From: Felis catus
Lineage: Eukaryota
Reading direction: 5' to 3'
Assembly: GCF_018350175.1 (NCBI RefSeq)
Contig: NC_058383.1
Span: forward strand, 7,688,001-7,752,000
DNA length: 64,000 nt
The stretch's first letter is position 1; each line of letters begins with the position of its first letter. The translations under genes and the position numbers were made by a program. Under the pieces are notes generated by a model. That model saw nothing but the letters and a program-made list of their open reading frames with translations, ran no database searches and was not told where the DNA came from. Positions 1 through 12,057 of this stretch are shown piece after piece.

Positions 1-62
1 GAGCTCAGAGTTCCTCTGGAGGGAACTGAATGCCTGCCTTCTCTTTCTGTCTTACTTCCTAG

Positions 63-1364
63 ATACTATTTTGTGCTCTTGGCTACAATCACCTTGGCGT
101 GGTGGATGAATTTGGCCGAATCTTTATGCAGGGAAATAACAGATATGGGCAGCTGGGAACAGGGGACAAAATGGACCGAGGGGAACCCACACAGGTGAGA
201 TTCACTTTCAGTTATTCTCATCGTGGCCCCCTTCCTCCAATCCTCTACACCTTAGACCTCTCCTCTTCTCTACTTTCTTTAGAACCCACTTCTTACTCCC
301 TAGGGAAGTTAAGCCAGCCAGTATACAATGCCCGTGATACTGTTGCGTGTCTTTCCCAGGGTTGGCACTGTGAGGTCCATTCTGTGTGGTGCTTGCTGCC
401 AGTGCAATAGGAATTTAGTGAAGCAGGGAGACCTCGGTGGGCTGGTATAACTAGAAGAGGTGAGATGCGATCACGGTCTGGTGGGTTAGATCAGATTCGT
501 GTGGGTACAGGGAAAGGCATTCCATGTAACAGGGATGAGAACGAAGCTGCACATACCTGGGACCATGAAAGGACTGGTCTGAAGCAGAGAGGATGTTTTG
601 GAGATCAGTAGATATGAGGTGATACAGGCAGGGGTGAGCCTGAAAAGGTTTAGATTTTGGAAAGTCACTCCAGGTTCTGGAGCAAGAGAAGGCCCCCCTG
701 CCACACACACACACACAGATGACTGAGAACAGGTCACCTGGCCAGAGTGCACAGGAGGCCACTGAATGAGAAGCCCACTGGGAGACCATTGAGTGACAGT
801 GGCACTTGGGACAAGAGCCTGGGGCAGTGGGAATGGAAAGGAATGGATACCTGAGATGTTTTGAAAGAAAATGAATAGGTACTGGAAACTGATTAGATGT
901 GAGGAGATGGGTGTGGGACACAAGTGGCTGTCGCAGTAGACCCCTTAAAGAGAGATGGCATCACTAACAAATGTGGAAAGGGATGCTGGCTTGAGGAAAG
1001 AGGAAGAGCGTGAATTTGGACATTTTCTAAAGTGGAAATGTCTCTCTGGCATTAGATTCCATGTTGGAACAAGGCTGAAACAGACAGAAGCAGGGACAGA
1101 GGCACAAACCTGGGCAGGAGCTGATGCTGTAGGCAAAGGGAATGAAGAAGCTATCTCTGAGGCAGGAGGCACACCTTCAGGTGCCAAGTCCCAGAAGCCA
1201 GGGACACAGGGAGTGTCAAACAGAGGAGGTGATTAATGGTAACAGATAACATAGGAATATACCTGCCAACATGGAAATATGGTCAGGTCATATCTTTAGC
1301 TGAAAAACAAATTATAAAATTATTTACATAGTACAACCCCATTTTTATTTAAAAGTCTGTAATT

Positions 1365-1413
<49 letters not shown>

Positions 1414-3831
1414 GCAGCAGTGAAGAAAAATATCCAGGGATGCCTGATTGGCTCACATGGTTAAGCGGCTGACTCTCTTTTTTATTTTTAATGTTAATTT
1501 ATGTTGAGGGGGGGAAGAGCAGAGAGAGAGGGAGAGAATCCCAAGCAGACTCCACAGGAATCTACTTTTTTTTTTTAAATGTTTTTTTTAACATTTATTC
1601 ATTTTTGAGACTGAGAGAGACAGAGCATGAACGGGGAGGGTCAGAGAGAGGGAGACACAGAATCCAAAACAGGCTCCAGGCTCCGAGCTGTCAGCACAGA
1701 GCCCGACGCGGGGCTCGAACTCACAGACCGCGAGCTCATGACCTGAGCTGAAGTCGGCCGCCTAACCGACTGAGCCACCCAGGTGCCCCCACAGGAATCT
1801 ACTTAAATAAAAAATAAAATGAAGAAAGAAAAAATATCTAGCAAGATTTTTTTAAGTTTATTTTTTCAGAGAGAGAGAGAGAAGGTGCACAAGCAGGGGA
1901 GGGGCAGAGAGAAAGGGGGACAGAGGATCTGAAGGGGCTCCGTGCTGATGTGCTGACAGCAGGGTGCTCGATGTGGGGCTCGAACTCAGGATCATGACCT
2001 GAGTTAAAGTAGGACACCTAACTGACTGAGCCACTCAGGCACCCCCAGCAAGATGTTAATAGTGGGTGGTAGGATTTCCAGTGATTTTTAAATTAATCTT
2101 TGCTCTCCAAGATTTTATAACATTTCTTTAATGACCATAAATTACGTACCTATGTCTTCAAAATTAAAGCCCTCATAATCTCAGGAGAAAGCATGCAGGA
2201 GAGGCCCTGGGGTTTGGGAGCTGGAAAGTCAAGTGCATTTGGGGAGAACACATCAGTAGCTTAGTAAGCAGGGAAGCCAGATCACAAGAAGTTCAGGAAA
2301 GATGGGCTGTGGTGAGAACAAAAATGTGGTCAACCTCAGACTGGTCACATAACCAGTTCTGTTGCCTAAAAGATGGAGGTAGGAAGGGGCAGGAATCAGG
2401 TGGAAATGTTTTTGTTTTTGTTTTCTTTTGTTTTTTTTTTTTAAAACAGAGTGGCCATTTTGGGAGACAAGGATAGGACAAGTGGAAAATGCTAGAGAGA
2501 GAAGGGAGGAATAAGTGGAAGGAAGGTCCCTCCTGAAGGCTAACCTGGAATTGTACAGGGAGGGAGGGAGTCTTTAAACTTTGGGAAGAGGAAACTTAGT
2601 CCACCTCCTGAGGCTGAAAGGCAGGATGAGCCTGGACTGGCACAGGTCTGGGGTAGTAGGAAGGAGCAGGTAGCAGGCCCTGGGCGCAGGCAAGTAGCCT
2701 GTTTTCTGAGGAGCAAAGATGAGGAACCAACAGAAGTGCTAGACCCCATGCAGTCCGACAGGGGCTGCAGGAGAACTAGGGAGGGAAAGATTGCTGCTGG
2801 TCTGCCTTCTGGCTGGGTGGGGGTTGAGGGGGTGCTGAGTCTCCTTGCTTCCCTCTCCTAGTTTCCTAGAGTCTTCCCTGAGCCTTTCTGTTGCCCTCCT
2901 CCTACCTGGGCCCTCAAATCCTCGGCATTCCCACCTTAGGGATCCTGGCCCTGTGTTCTCAGGTGCATTATCTGCAACGTCCCATTGCCCTGTGGTGTGG
3001 CCTCAACCACTCTCTGGTGCTGAGCCAGGGCTCGGACTTCAGCAAGGAGCTTCTGGGCTGCGGCTGTGGGGCTGGAGGCCGCCTCCCTGGCTGGCCTAAG
3101 GGGAGTGCCTCTTTTGTGAAGCTCCACGTCAAGGTCAGAGCCAGGACATGCCAGCAGGCAATGGGGCAAGGGCAATAGAGCCTGGTGGCACACAGGACTG
3201 TAGCTGGGGCTCCTGCAAGGACCCGGGGCCCCACCCCCACCCCCAGCACTACCCACCTCCCTTTTCCGGCCACACACCATGGCTCCTGGCTCTCTCCCTT
3301 AGCAGACCCCGGTCGCCCTCTCTGACCTTACACAACCTTGGGGCTTAGCCAGCCCTAGCTCACTTGCTGGCCCAGGGCTGGTCTGAGAGGGAGGAACACA
3401 ACAGCTGGGGCTTCCTGGGAGCCCCTCAGTAAAGGCCCCTCTCAGCCACGCCCCTTCTCTCCTTTAAGGTCCCTCTGTGTGCCTGTTCCCTCTGCTCTAC
3501 CAGAGAGTGCCTCTACATGCTGTCCAGCCATGACATCGAACACCATCCCACCTACCGGGACCTACCAGCCAGCAGGGTGGTGGGGACCCCCGAGCCTGGC
3601 CTGGGAGCTGGAGCACCCCAGGACCCTGGGGGGGCAGCCCGGGCCTGTGAGGAGTACCTCAGCCAGATCCACAGTTGCCCCACATTGCAGGATCGCATGG
3701 AAAAGATGAAGGAGATCGTGGGTTGGATGCCCTTGATGGCTGCACAGAAAGATTTCTTCTGGGAGGCCCTGGACATGCTGCAGAGGGCTGCTGGAGGGGT
3801 TGGCCCGGGCCCCTCAACCCCTGAGAGCTGA
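63..3831 (+). CDS. FBXO24: F-box only protein 24, last three coding exons (RCC1-like repeat region and C-terminus); 5' part lies outside the window
   Basis: AG/GT-bounded phase-0 exons: 63-194 (ILFCALGYNHLGVVDEFGRIFMQGNNRYGQLGTGDKMDRGEPTQ, RCC1-type GxNxYGQLG), 2963-3133 (VHYLQRPIALWCGLNHSLVL...VKLHVK), 3469-3831 (VPLCACSLC...STPES*). AATAAA at 4055-4060. Position upstream of PCOLCE matches known synteny. Confidence 0.93.
1370..1410. repeat. (CA)n microsatellite
   Basis: About 20 uninterrupted CA units. Confidence 0.95.
1568..1789 (-). mobile_element. Felid tRNA-derived SINE (SINEC_Fc) with 15-bp TSD
   Basis: Can-SINE head, (CT)n and A-tail on the minus strand. CACAGGAATCTACTT duplicated at 1553-1567 and 1790-1804. 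Confidence 0.92.
1848..2046 (-). mobile_element. Can-SINE
   Basis: SINEC body; TSD AGCAAGAT at 1840-1847 and 2047-2054. Confidence 0.85.
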
Positions 3832-4054
3832 GCCCCTTTCCTAGTCTTACCCCTGGAGGGAGAGTCTGGCCCTGGGCCAGGAGCTAAGGAGAGTGGGATG
3901 GTAGCAATGAACATTGTATGTGCACGTGGGGAGGGGTGGGAATTGCTAGGCTTGCCAGGGTGGGCAGGGAACCGTTTTGTAAAATGTTCAGGGGGCTGCC
4001 CGGGAGGGACCCCCAACCTGACTATCATGGACAAGAGATTTGATGGGCAAATAG

Positions 4055-4060
4055 AATAAA
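4055..4060 (+). terminator. FBXO24: FBXO24 polyadenylation signal AATAAA
   Basis: AATAAA about 225 nt after the stop codon. Confidence 0.65.
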
Positions 4061-5102
4061 AGGCTGAAGTGAGGCCCTGTTTGGAACCCTGGGGCCTGGG
4101 AGGAAAATAAGGCAGGGGATGGGGGCCCCAATGCCCCCCAATCAGGAGGGCGATGGAAGGCAGGGGGATGGACAAGGAGGCAGAGAGAGCAGAAGTGGCT
4201 CAAGCATTCAGGTGCTGCTGAACTGACCACCTGAATCTTAGAGCTCTCTTTCCCCTCCCACTCCCAAGAGTGGTCCAGGCTTCTTGACTTGAAGTCCAAG
4301 CCCCACCTTCTGGAACAATGCAGTCAACATATGCTACTCGGTCCCCTTATGGATCCTCTGTCTGTCAGACTTACTCCCATCCTGAGGGGGCCACCTGCTT
4401 CTGACCTCGGTCCCTGTGAAGTCAGTCCCCTCCTCCCCTCTGTTTAACCTTCCTTCCCTCACTTTCTCCTCCATCCTCCTCCTCACTAAGAGGGATGCTC
4501 CCTTTATCCACATCTAACCCACTCCCGGATCTCCAAATATTTGGGAGGGAAAATGGGCGGGCAGAAAGAATTTTCTCCTTGGCCTAGTCTGGTCCAGGGA
4601 TGCAAAGAAGACAGTAGAAATTTGAAGCAGAAAATCAGCTGGAGCAGGAAAATCAGGAAGGGGGTGAGTGACTAGTTGTTGGGGGTCTAGGGAAGGACTT
4701 TCTACGGGTGCTGAGGAGGCAGGCATGGGCAGGATCATGAGGAAGGACCAGAGGCTGTATTCACGGGATGCTTGGGTACTGGACACAGCAGGCTTCCAGA
4801 TGACATTACTTGATGCCTGCATTACAGCTGAGGGTTGATGCTCCCTCTGCCTTTCGTTGCTCCACCCCCTACTTAGGTCAATATTTATGTGTCCTAGACC
4901 TAGAGAGGCCCCTGGACTCACCACTGTCCCAACTGCACTCTCCCTGTCCCGCCTTCCCCACCGCCCGCCCCGCTGGCCAGTCCCCACGCCCACACACCCG
5001 AGGCTGCCTCATCTGGCACTGATTATCCCTGCTGCTGCTGCTGCCGCTGCTAAACTCAGCTGCTGCCTCGTCTCGAGGACCCCAGCGCCTCTCCCCCCGG
5101 CC

Positions 5103-8075
5103 ATGCTGCCTGCTGCCACTGCCTCCCTCTTGGGGCCCCTCCTCACTGCCTGGGCCCTGCTGCCTTTCGCCCAGGGCCAGACCCCCAACTACACCAGGTA
5201 GGTCTCTTGGCACCTTCCAGATAGCTTGAGTGAGCTTCAAAAGCCCTGATTCTTGGGGGTTTTGCCTGTGGATCCTGTGGATCCTTTCACTAACACACCA
5301 CCCCCCCAGATTTCCCGCAGCCCCCACCCTCCCCCAGGCCCCAAGTTCTCCCTCCCTGCTCCAAGACCACTGTCTCCAGCGGGGCACCACTAGCCACCAT
5401 TCCTCCACCCTTTGTCCCCTGCCCTCTAAGTTTCCCCATCCTCCCAGACCCTTGCCCCCCACCATGGAACCTGAGAGCTCCAAGACCTTCAACTTGCCTG
5501 GTATCTGGACATCTGGATTCCAGGAGGGAATTAGAGATGGTGGGGGAAGCGAGTGGGAGACTTGGGAATCAGATACTCAAGTAGTTAGCAGGAACAGGAG
5601 CAGGGCAAAGGTTGGGAGCTGGGGGACCCTGGTCTCCAGGTTCAATATGAGGGCCATCACTGCTGCTTCTCATCTCCCCGCCCCCTCCCCCCCCCCCCCC
5701 ATGGCCTCGTGGCTGTGTCCACATCTGGAAGTAGTTAGGCGGCTCCTGTCCCCGACTGCCAGGCAGGGCGCGAGGGGGGAGAGTGAGGAACAGCCCGAGG
5801 AGGATTCCGGGAATTCCTGTGGGGGTGGGGGTGGGGATTGGGGGGTGTTGCAGAGACAGCCACATGTTCCTGATCCTCTCAATCCCAGCCTGGCTGGCTG
5901 AAGCTGCCCCAGACCCCCTTTCTCCCTCATCCCCCTGGCTTCCTTCTCTTGCCCCTCACCCTCATTACCCTATCCCTCCCAAGCTGTCCTCCACTCATGG
6001 CTGCCCCCTCTTCTGTTCTCCAGACCTGTGTTCCTGTGCGGAGGGGATGTGACTGGGGAGTCTGGTTACGTGGCAAGTGAGGGTTTCCCCAACCTCTACC
6101 CCCCTAATAAGGAATGCATCTGGACAATAACGGTGAGAAAGACCCTCTCTTCGCTACCCCCTTGTTGAAGTCTCTGAGGCCTGACTGCTAAGAGAACCCG
6201 GGTCCACCCAGCCCCTGCCACCCTCCTCCCTGCACCACTGCGCCCAGGGAAGTCCAGGCCCCCTCCCGTCTTCACTGATGGCAGCAGCGCCCACAGTAAC
6301 ATGTGGCAAAGTGTCCTCACACCTTAACTCCAGGCCTGCTCTTCTACTCCCAGTTTTATTTCTGGTCCTCGAATCTCCACAGACCCCAGGGCTTGTCCCC
6401 TGGGCAATGAGCTCCTGCAGAGCCCAGGCCCTCTGCTCTGCTGCCTGGTGGCTTCCCTTCCTGTTGAGGCCCAGTGTCCGTATGAAACACTTGGGGAAAG
6501 GGAAGTATCCTTTGCCTGGGTTGTGTGTGGCCTGACTTTGCAGGTCCTCTCCCCTGTCCTCGTCGTCAGGTCCCTGAGGGCCAGACTGTGTCCCTTTCCT
6601 TCCGAGTCTTCGACTTCGAGCTGCACCCTGCCTGCCGTTACGATGCTCTGGAAGTCTTTGCCGGGTCTGGAACCTCCGGCCAGCGGCTTGGACGTTTCTG
6701 TGGGACCTTNNNNNNNNNNNNNNNNNNNNNNNNNNNNNNNNNNNNNNNNNNNNNNNNNNNNNNNNNNNNNNNNNNNNNNNNNNNNNNNNNNNNNNNNNNN
6801 NNNNNNNNNNNNNNNNNNNNNNNNNNNNNNNNNNNNNNNNNCACCTTCGCCTTCCCCCTCTCCTGGCTCCGCCCCCGGTGCAGGCCCCACCCCCAGCCTT
6901 AACCTACCCCCCCCCCCACCAGACAAACCCTGCGCCCGAGAGCCTAGGGCCCCCATTACCTCCCTTACCCTTTTTCCTCACTAACTGCCCCTTCAGTCCC
7001 TCCTCCCCATCTTCTCTCGCCCCTCCCGCACCCACCCATCCCCTCTTCCAGGCCCCCCCCCAGGCGCGAGGCGGAAATGGGTCACCGACCCGCGGGTGGA
7101 ATGGGCGGCCTGGGGTTACTGGGACGGTGAGTAACTGCCCGCCCCCGTCCGCAATCGGGCTCCCTCAGACGGGCGCGAGGGGGTACGCCCGGGCTGGGGG
7201 ACTAGGTTCCCCCGACCCGGAGCCCCCTACACCCAGCCCAGGGCTCCCGATTGCGGTCCCATCACCCCCTCCTGGCGGCAGAAGCCTCCCCTAAAATGTT
7301 TAAGGCAGGGGCCTCGCCAAAGAGGCCTCTGGGGCTGTGCCCCAATTTGAGGGCGCCCTCACAGAGAGAGGACTCCCCAGCCTGCAAAGGGGACTTTTCC
7401 GCCGGGCGGGGGAGATGGGATCTCCCAGGGGAAGAGGAGCGAGGTGGCCGCGGGTCAGGGGGAGGGGCGAGAAGGGAGCGTGTCCAGCCAAGTCCTCCTC
7501 CCCCTTCCACCGCCTGACTGGGCGCCCGGCTCCAAGACTCCCCTGAGCGCTGGTCCTCCAAGCCCCCTCTCTGCTAACCAACCCCCTCTTTCCTACCCCT
7601 CTTCTCATCCCCTCCCGCTGAGACCCAGACGTCCGAGCTTCCAGCACCGGCTTCCAGCCTAGAGCTCTCCTCGAGCTGACCGAGGGTCTCCACCGCCTCC
7701 CACCNNNNNNNNNNNNNNNNNNNNNNNNNNNNNNNNNNNNNNNNNNNNNNNNNNNNNNNNNNNNNNNNNNNNNNNNNNNNNNNNNNNNNNNNNNNNNNNN
7801 NNNNNNNNNNNNNNNNNNNNNNNNNNNNNNNNNNNNNNNNNNNNNNNNNNNNGGTACCGATCCCCAGCCCCGGCTGCCCTCGGGGACCCAGGCGGCGTCC
7901 TCCAGCATGCAGCCAGCAGAGATTAATTGACCATCTGCTATGTCCCGACCAGTGAGCTCGCGCTGGTGGGGAGCAAAACCAGACCCAGAACTGCTTGCAC
8001 TCAAAAAAAAAAATGTAAAATTACACCTGTGACGGTCTTACGAGAGTGAGGTACACGATGCTGATATATAAACGG

Positions 8076-8136
<61 letters not shown>

Positions 8137-10017
8137 AGGCGGTGGAGGTGGATGCTGGGTCTGTTCCTTGAGAATGAGCCAGGACTAGACCTTGCCGACG
8201 ACGGCAACAGACGCCACTGAAAGGTTCCCCTGAGTGTGTGATCCTCCGAGTGGTGGTGAATGCTTTAGCGGGGGGAGGGGAGATCTCCAGGGGACGCGGG
8301 AGTGGAAAGAGGAAGCTGTGGCGAGCTTCTGGGCTTCCGGAGGCGACGCGGAGTGGAGGAGGAGAGAGGTGCAGGGCTTCCGCGCCCTCAAGCCGCCCTG
8401 GGTCCTGCCGCCAGGTGATCTCGCTGACCTTCGGGAAGTTTGACCTGGAGCCCGACACCTACTGCCGCTACGACTCGGTCAGTGTGTTCAACGGAGCCGC
8501 GAGCGACGACGCCAAGAGGCTGGGGAAGTTCTGCGGCGACACCGCCCCGGGGTGAGGGGGCGGGACCTGGGTGGACATGGGCCGGGGCGTCTCCAATTCC
8601 CCAGGGGAAACAGTGGTGGGAACCTCGCGGCGGTTGGGAGGGGCCAGGCTTAGCTGAAGAGGCGGGATCTGAACCCGGAGCCCCCACACTGGTGGGCGGA
8701 GCTAGTAGGAAGCCAGGCAAAACGGGTCCGTGGATCCAGAGGCGAGTAGGTCCTGCGAAGCAAGGAAGCTGGTACAGTCAACCCCGGGCAGAGGTCACAA
8801 GGCCCGCCTGACGCATCCCCCGCTGCCCCGCCACCCGCAGTACCATCTCCTCGGAAGGAAACGAGCTCCTCGTCCAGTTCGTCTCTGACCTCAGTGTCAC
8901 GGCCGATGGCTTCTCCGCCTCCTACAAGACCCTGCCGCGGGGTGCCGCCAAAGAAGAGCAGGCCCAGAGCGCCGGGGAGGATGCCCGGTCGGGTACCCCG
9001 ATCCTCAGCCCGGGCCCCAAGCCCGGACTCCCATCTGAGGAGAAACCAAAAGCCTCGTCTGAGGCCCAGGCAACTCCGGGGGGCCCCGGTGAGTCTGGGA
9101 AGGGGGAGGAAGGGGACGCAGACTGAAGGCAGCCGTTTCAAAGGTCTCCTTTCTGAACTCATTCATTCACTCATACATCACTCACTGGTGCCTCCTCTGA
9201 ACTGGTACTGGGTGCTGGGGCCCAAAGCTGGAAAGAGCTCGGAATGGGTCCTAATCAATGAGGCCGTTATGGGGAAAGTGGCACTTCCTACCCGCTGCGT
9301 AGGTCGCCCTCCACAAACCGCGTCCCCCTCCCTCCTAGATGTGCCCAGTGTCCCCTGCCCAAAGCAGTGCCGCCGGACAGGCACCTTGCAGAGCAACTTC
9401 TGTACCAGCAACCTGGGTAAGAAGCCCCATCTCCCAGCTTTGCTCCTCCAGCAGCTCTCACCTCCCTCTGGCCCTCAAATCCCTCCTCCTGGTTCCAGCC
9501 CTGAGCTGGCCTCCTCTCTCCTCACCGCTCACCCCCACTCTCCCACAGTGGTGACCGCAACAGTGAAGTCCATGGTTCGGGGCCCAGGGGAGGGCCTCAC
9601 TGTCACTGTCAGTCTCATTGGTGCTTACAAAACCGGTGGCCTGGACCTGCCTTCTCCACTCACTGACACTCCCCTGAAGTTTTATGTGCCCTGCAAGCAG
9701 TGCCCCCCCATGAAGAAAGGTAACAGATGTGGGTGAATGGGGAGGAGGACTTTGCCTCATGAAAATGATAGAATCTGAAGGACTCTGATGAGGAGGTATA
9801 TCTACAAGGTCTCAATAACACACTCTCAATCCCTCCCTCCCCTCCCCCAGGAGTCAGTTATCTGATGATGGGCCAGGTGGAAGAGAACAGAGGTCCTACC
9901 CTTCCTCCAGAGAGCTTCGTAGTTCTCTACCGGTCCAACCAGGACCAGATCCTCACCAACCTCAGCAAGAGGAAGTGCCCCTCCCAACCTGTCCGGGCTG
10001 CTGGGTCCCAGGCCTGA
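5103..10017 (+). CDS. PCOLCE: Procollagen C-endopeptidase enhancer 1 (signal peptide, CUB1, CUB2, linker, NTR); about 462 aa if the gap-hidden exons are of human size
   Basis: Exons 5103-5197 ([14 protein letters not shown]...TPNYTR), 6024-6132 (PVFLCGGDV...CIWTIT), 6570 into gap 6710-6841 ([15 protein letters not shown]...GRFCGT), exon 4 inside gap 7705-7852 ending about 7853, 8415-8551, 8841-9088, 9339-9416, 9549-9719, 9851-10017 (...[16 protein letters not shown]). AATAAA at 10069-10074. Confidence 0.97.
7052..7126 (+). other. PCOLCE: Predicted 75-nt in-frame cassette exon in PCOLCE intron 3
   Basis: Branch point CACTAAC at 6979-6985, long pyrimidine tract, acceptor TTCCAG ending 7051, donor GACG|GTGAGT at 7127-7132. 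Length is 3n and there is no stop in any frame. Confidence 0.6.
8080..8134. repeat. (GT)n microsatellite in PCOLCE intron 4
   Basis: About 27 GT units. Confidence 0.95.
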
Positions 10018-10068
10018 AACCCAGGCCAGCTTCCCAGCCCCTAGCCCTAGGGACTCCTTTCTTATCCA

Positions 10069-10074
10069 AATAAA
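10069..10074 (+). terminator. PCOLCE: PCOLCE polyadenylation signal AATAAA
   Basis: AATAAA about 50 nt after the stop, followed by a GT/T-rich stretch. Confidence 0.8.
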
Positions 10075-10234
10075 TGTTTCTTGACTGAGGAAGGGGTCAC
10101 ATCTCCATTTCTATGGTTTGGGGGCCCATCTAGGAGAAATCATTTATTTGTTAAACGTGACAGAGGTTTACTGTAACAGAACAATCTTTCAAGAATGTAA
10201 GACCTTGTCACCCCTTTGCTCAAAACTCTCCCAT

Positions 10235-10445
10235 ATATATTTTTTAAGTTATTTATTTTGAGAGGGAGAAAAGGGACCACAAGCAGGGAAGGGGCAGAGA
10301 GGAGAGCCAGAATCCCAAGCAAGCAGGCTCTGCGCTGTCAGCACACAGCCCGGCCCGATGCGGCGTTTTAGTTCACGACCGGGAGATCATGACCAGAGCC
10401 ACATCAAGAGTCGGCGCTTTAACCGACGGCGCCACCCAGGTGTCC
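10235..10445 (-). mobile_element. Can-SINE next to an assembly gap
   Basis: T-tail, GA-rich segment and GCCACCCAGG head. Confidence 0.8.
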
Positions 10446-11102
10446 NNNNNNNNNNNNNNNNNNNNNNNNNNNNNNNNNNNNNNNNNNNNNNNNNNNNNNN
10501 NNNNNNNNNNNNNNNNNNNNNNNNNNNNNNNNNNNNNNNNNNNNNNNNNNNNNNNNNNNNNNNNNNNNNNNNNNNNNNNNTATGTAAATCCAAATATCAA
10601 GTATATCTTAAATGTATACAATTTTTATATGTCTAAGATATTTCAGTAAAGCTATCAAAAGAGAGATAAAGAAAACCTCCCATAGTTCCCCATTAGTCTC
10701 AAAATAAAAGCCAAAATCCTACTGTAGACTCTGAGGCTCTAGGTGGTCTGCATCCAGCACACAACCCCCCCCCCCCCCCCCATCTCATCTCTGTCTATTG
10801 TCTCCTTTGCAAGTGCTTTTCCAGTCTTGGTGACTCCGTGACCAGTTCTAGTACCCTTCTGGTTGGGGGTTTTGCCTTTGCCATCCCCTCTATCCAGAAT
10901 TCTCTCCACTGATTTCTCATGGCTCATTTCCTAACTTCAATCAGATCTCAGCTCAAAGTTCATCCTAGTCACTTATTCATTTGTTCATTCCAAATGGCAG
11001 GCACTGTGGAATGAACCAGAAAACAAAACAAAGTCTCTGCTCTTGTGGGGAGGAGAGCACACTCTACTGGAGCGGAAATACACAATAAAATAAGCATGGT
11101 GT

Positions 11103-11257
11103 TGGGGCACCTCGGTGGCTCAGTCAGCATCTGACTCTTGATTTTGGCTCAGGTCATGATCTCACAGTTTGTGGGTTCAGAGTCTGCTTGGGAGTCTATC
11201 TCTGCCCCCACCCCATTTGCTCTCTTTCTCAAAAATAAATAAACTTAAAAAAATAAG
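11103..11257 (+). mobile_element. Can-SINE (internally deleted) with 14-bp TSD
   Basis: GGGGCACCTCGGTGGCTCAG head and AATAAATAAA tail. AATAAGCATGGTGT at 11089-11102 and 11258-11271. Confidence 0.85.
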
Positions 11258-11514
11258 AATAAGCATGGTGTCAAGTGAAACTATGCAATGAGAAAAACAG
11301 CCAAAAAGTATAAAGGGGTTCTACATTTGATGGGGTGCTCAGGGATGGCTTTGGGATAAAATGAACTTTGTTTTTGCTCTACTGCTAACCAATTATGTGG
11401 CCTGGGGTGAGATTCTTCACCTTGCTGAGGCCATTTGGTTTGTGAAAGGAGTTCACAAGATTCAGTGGGATGATGCAAGTGGCAGGGTTGGGAAACCCTA
11501 CTTCCTTGTGCATA

Positions 11515-11704
11515 TGTGAGTGATTTCTGAGTCCCATGAAGGAAAGGGAAACTCAGGAGAGGAGCCGTGGGCTGACATCCTGATGCTGGCAGGCTGGGTC
11601 TGCAGACCCAGCGGGGGTCCTGCAGGACCAGCCAAAAGGGTCCTTGGCTTCCCGCAGGAAGGAAATCAAACAGGAGCCAGCAGTAGGTGAAAGCAGTTTA
11701 TTGA

Positions 11705-11758
<54 letters not shown>

Positions 11759-12057
11759 ACTGGGTGTCTGGAAGACTTGGAAAGGAAAAGACCACGAGTC
11801 TCATCTTTTCTTGGGGTCTGGGGTTTTCACTGGCGATTGTACTCTGTGCACATGCCTTCTCAGGCATCCAGGAACTGGTCAGAACAAGGATAGGGTCCTT
11901 CTTAAGCCACTCGTTCCCTGAGGCCTGGGGTCTTGGCGTGGAGATATCTAGTGCCAGTGGTCTGGAATAGGCACTTGATGGCCTGCCGGGTCATTCCTAG
12001 ATATCGCCTATTGTGCTGGAAGCCTCCAAAGATATCATTATCTCTTTGTCCCTTACA
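11515..12057 (-). mobile_element. Probable solo ERV LTR
   Basis: Minus strand begins TGTAAGGGAC and ends ...CA, has AATAAA (plus TTTATT near 11697) next to a (CT)n tract, and is about 540 bp. No clear TSD, so boundaries are uncertain. Confidence 0.5.
11709..11755. repeat. (GA)n microsatellite
   Basis: About 23 units inside the putative LTR. Confidence 0.95.

Noticed and set aside
4514-5901. 150-220 aa ORFs around PCOLCE exon 1 and intron 1
   Set aside because: Low-complexity Pro/Gly-rich translations of GC-rich non-coding DNA, often with non-ATG starts and no recognisable domain.
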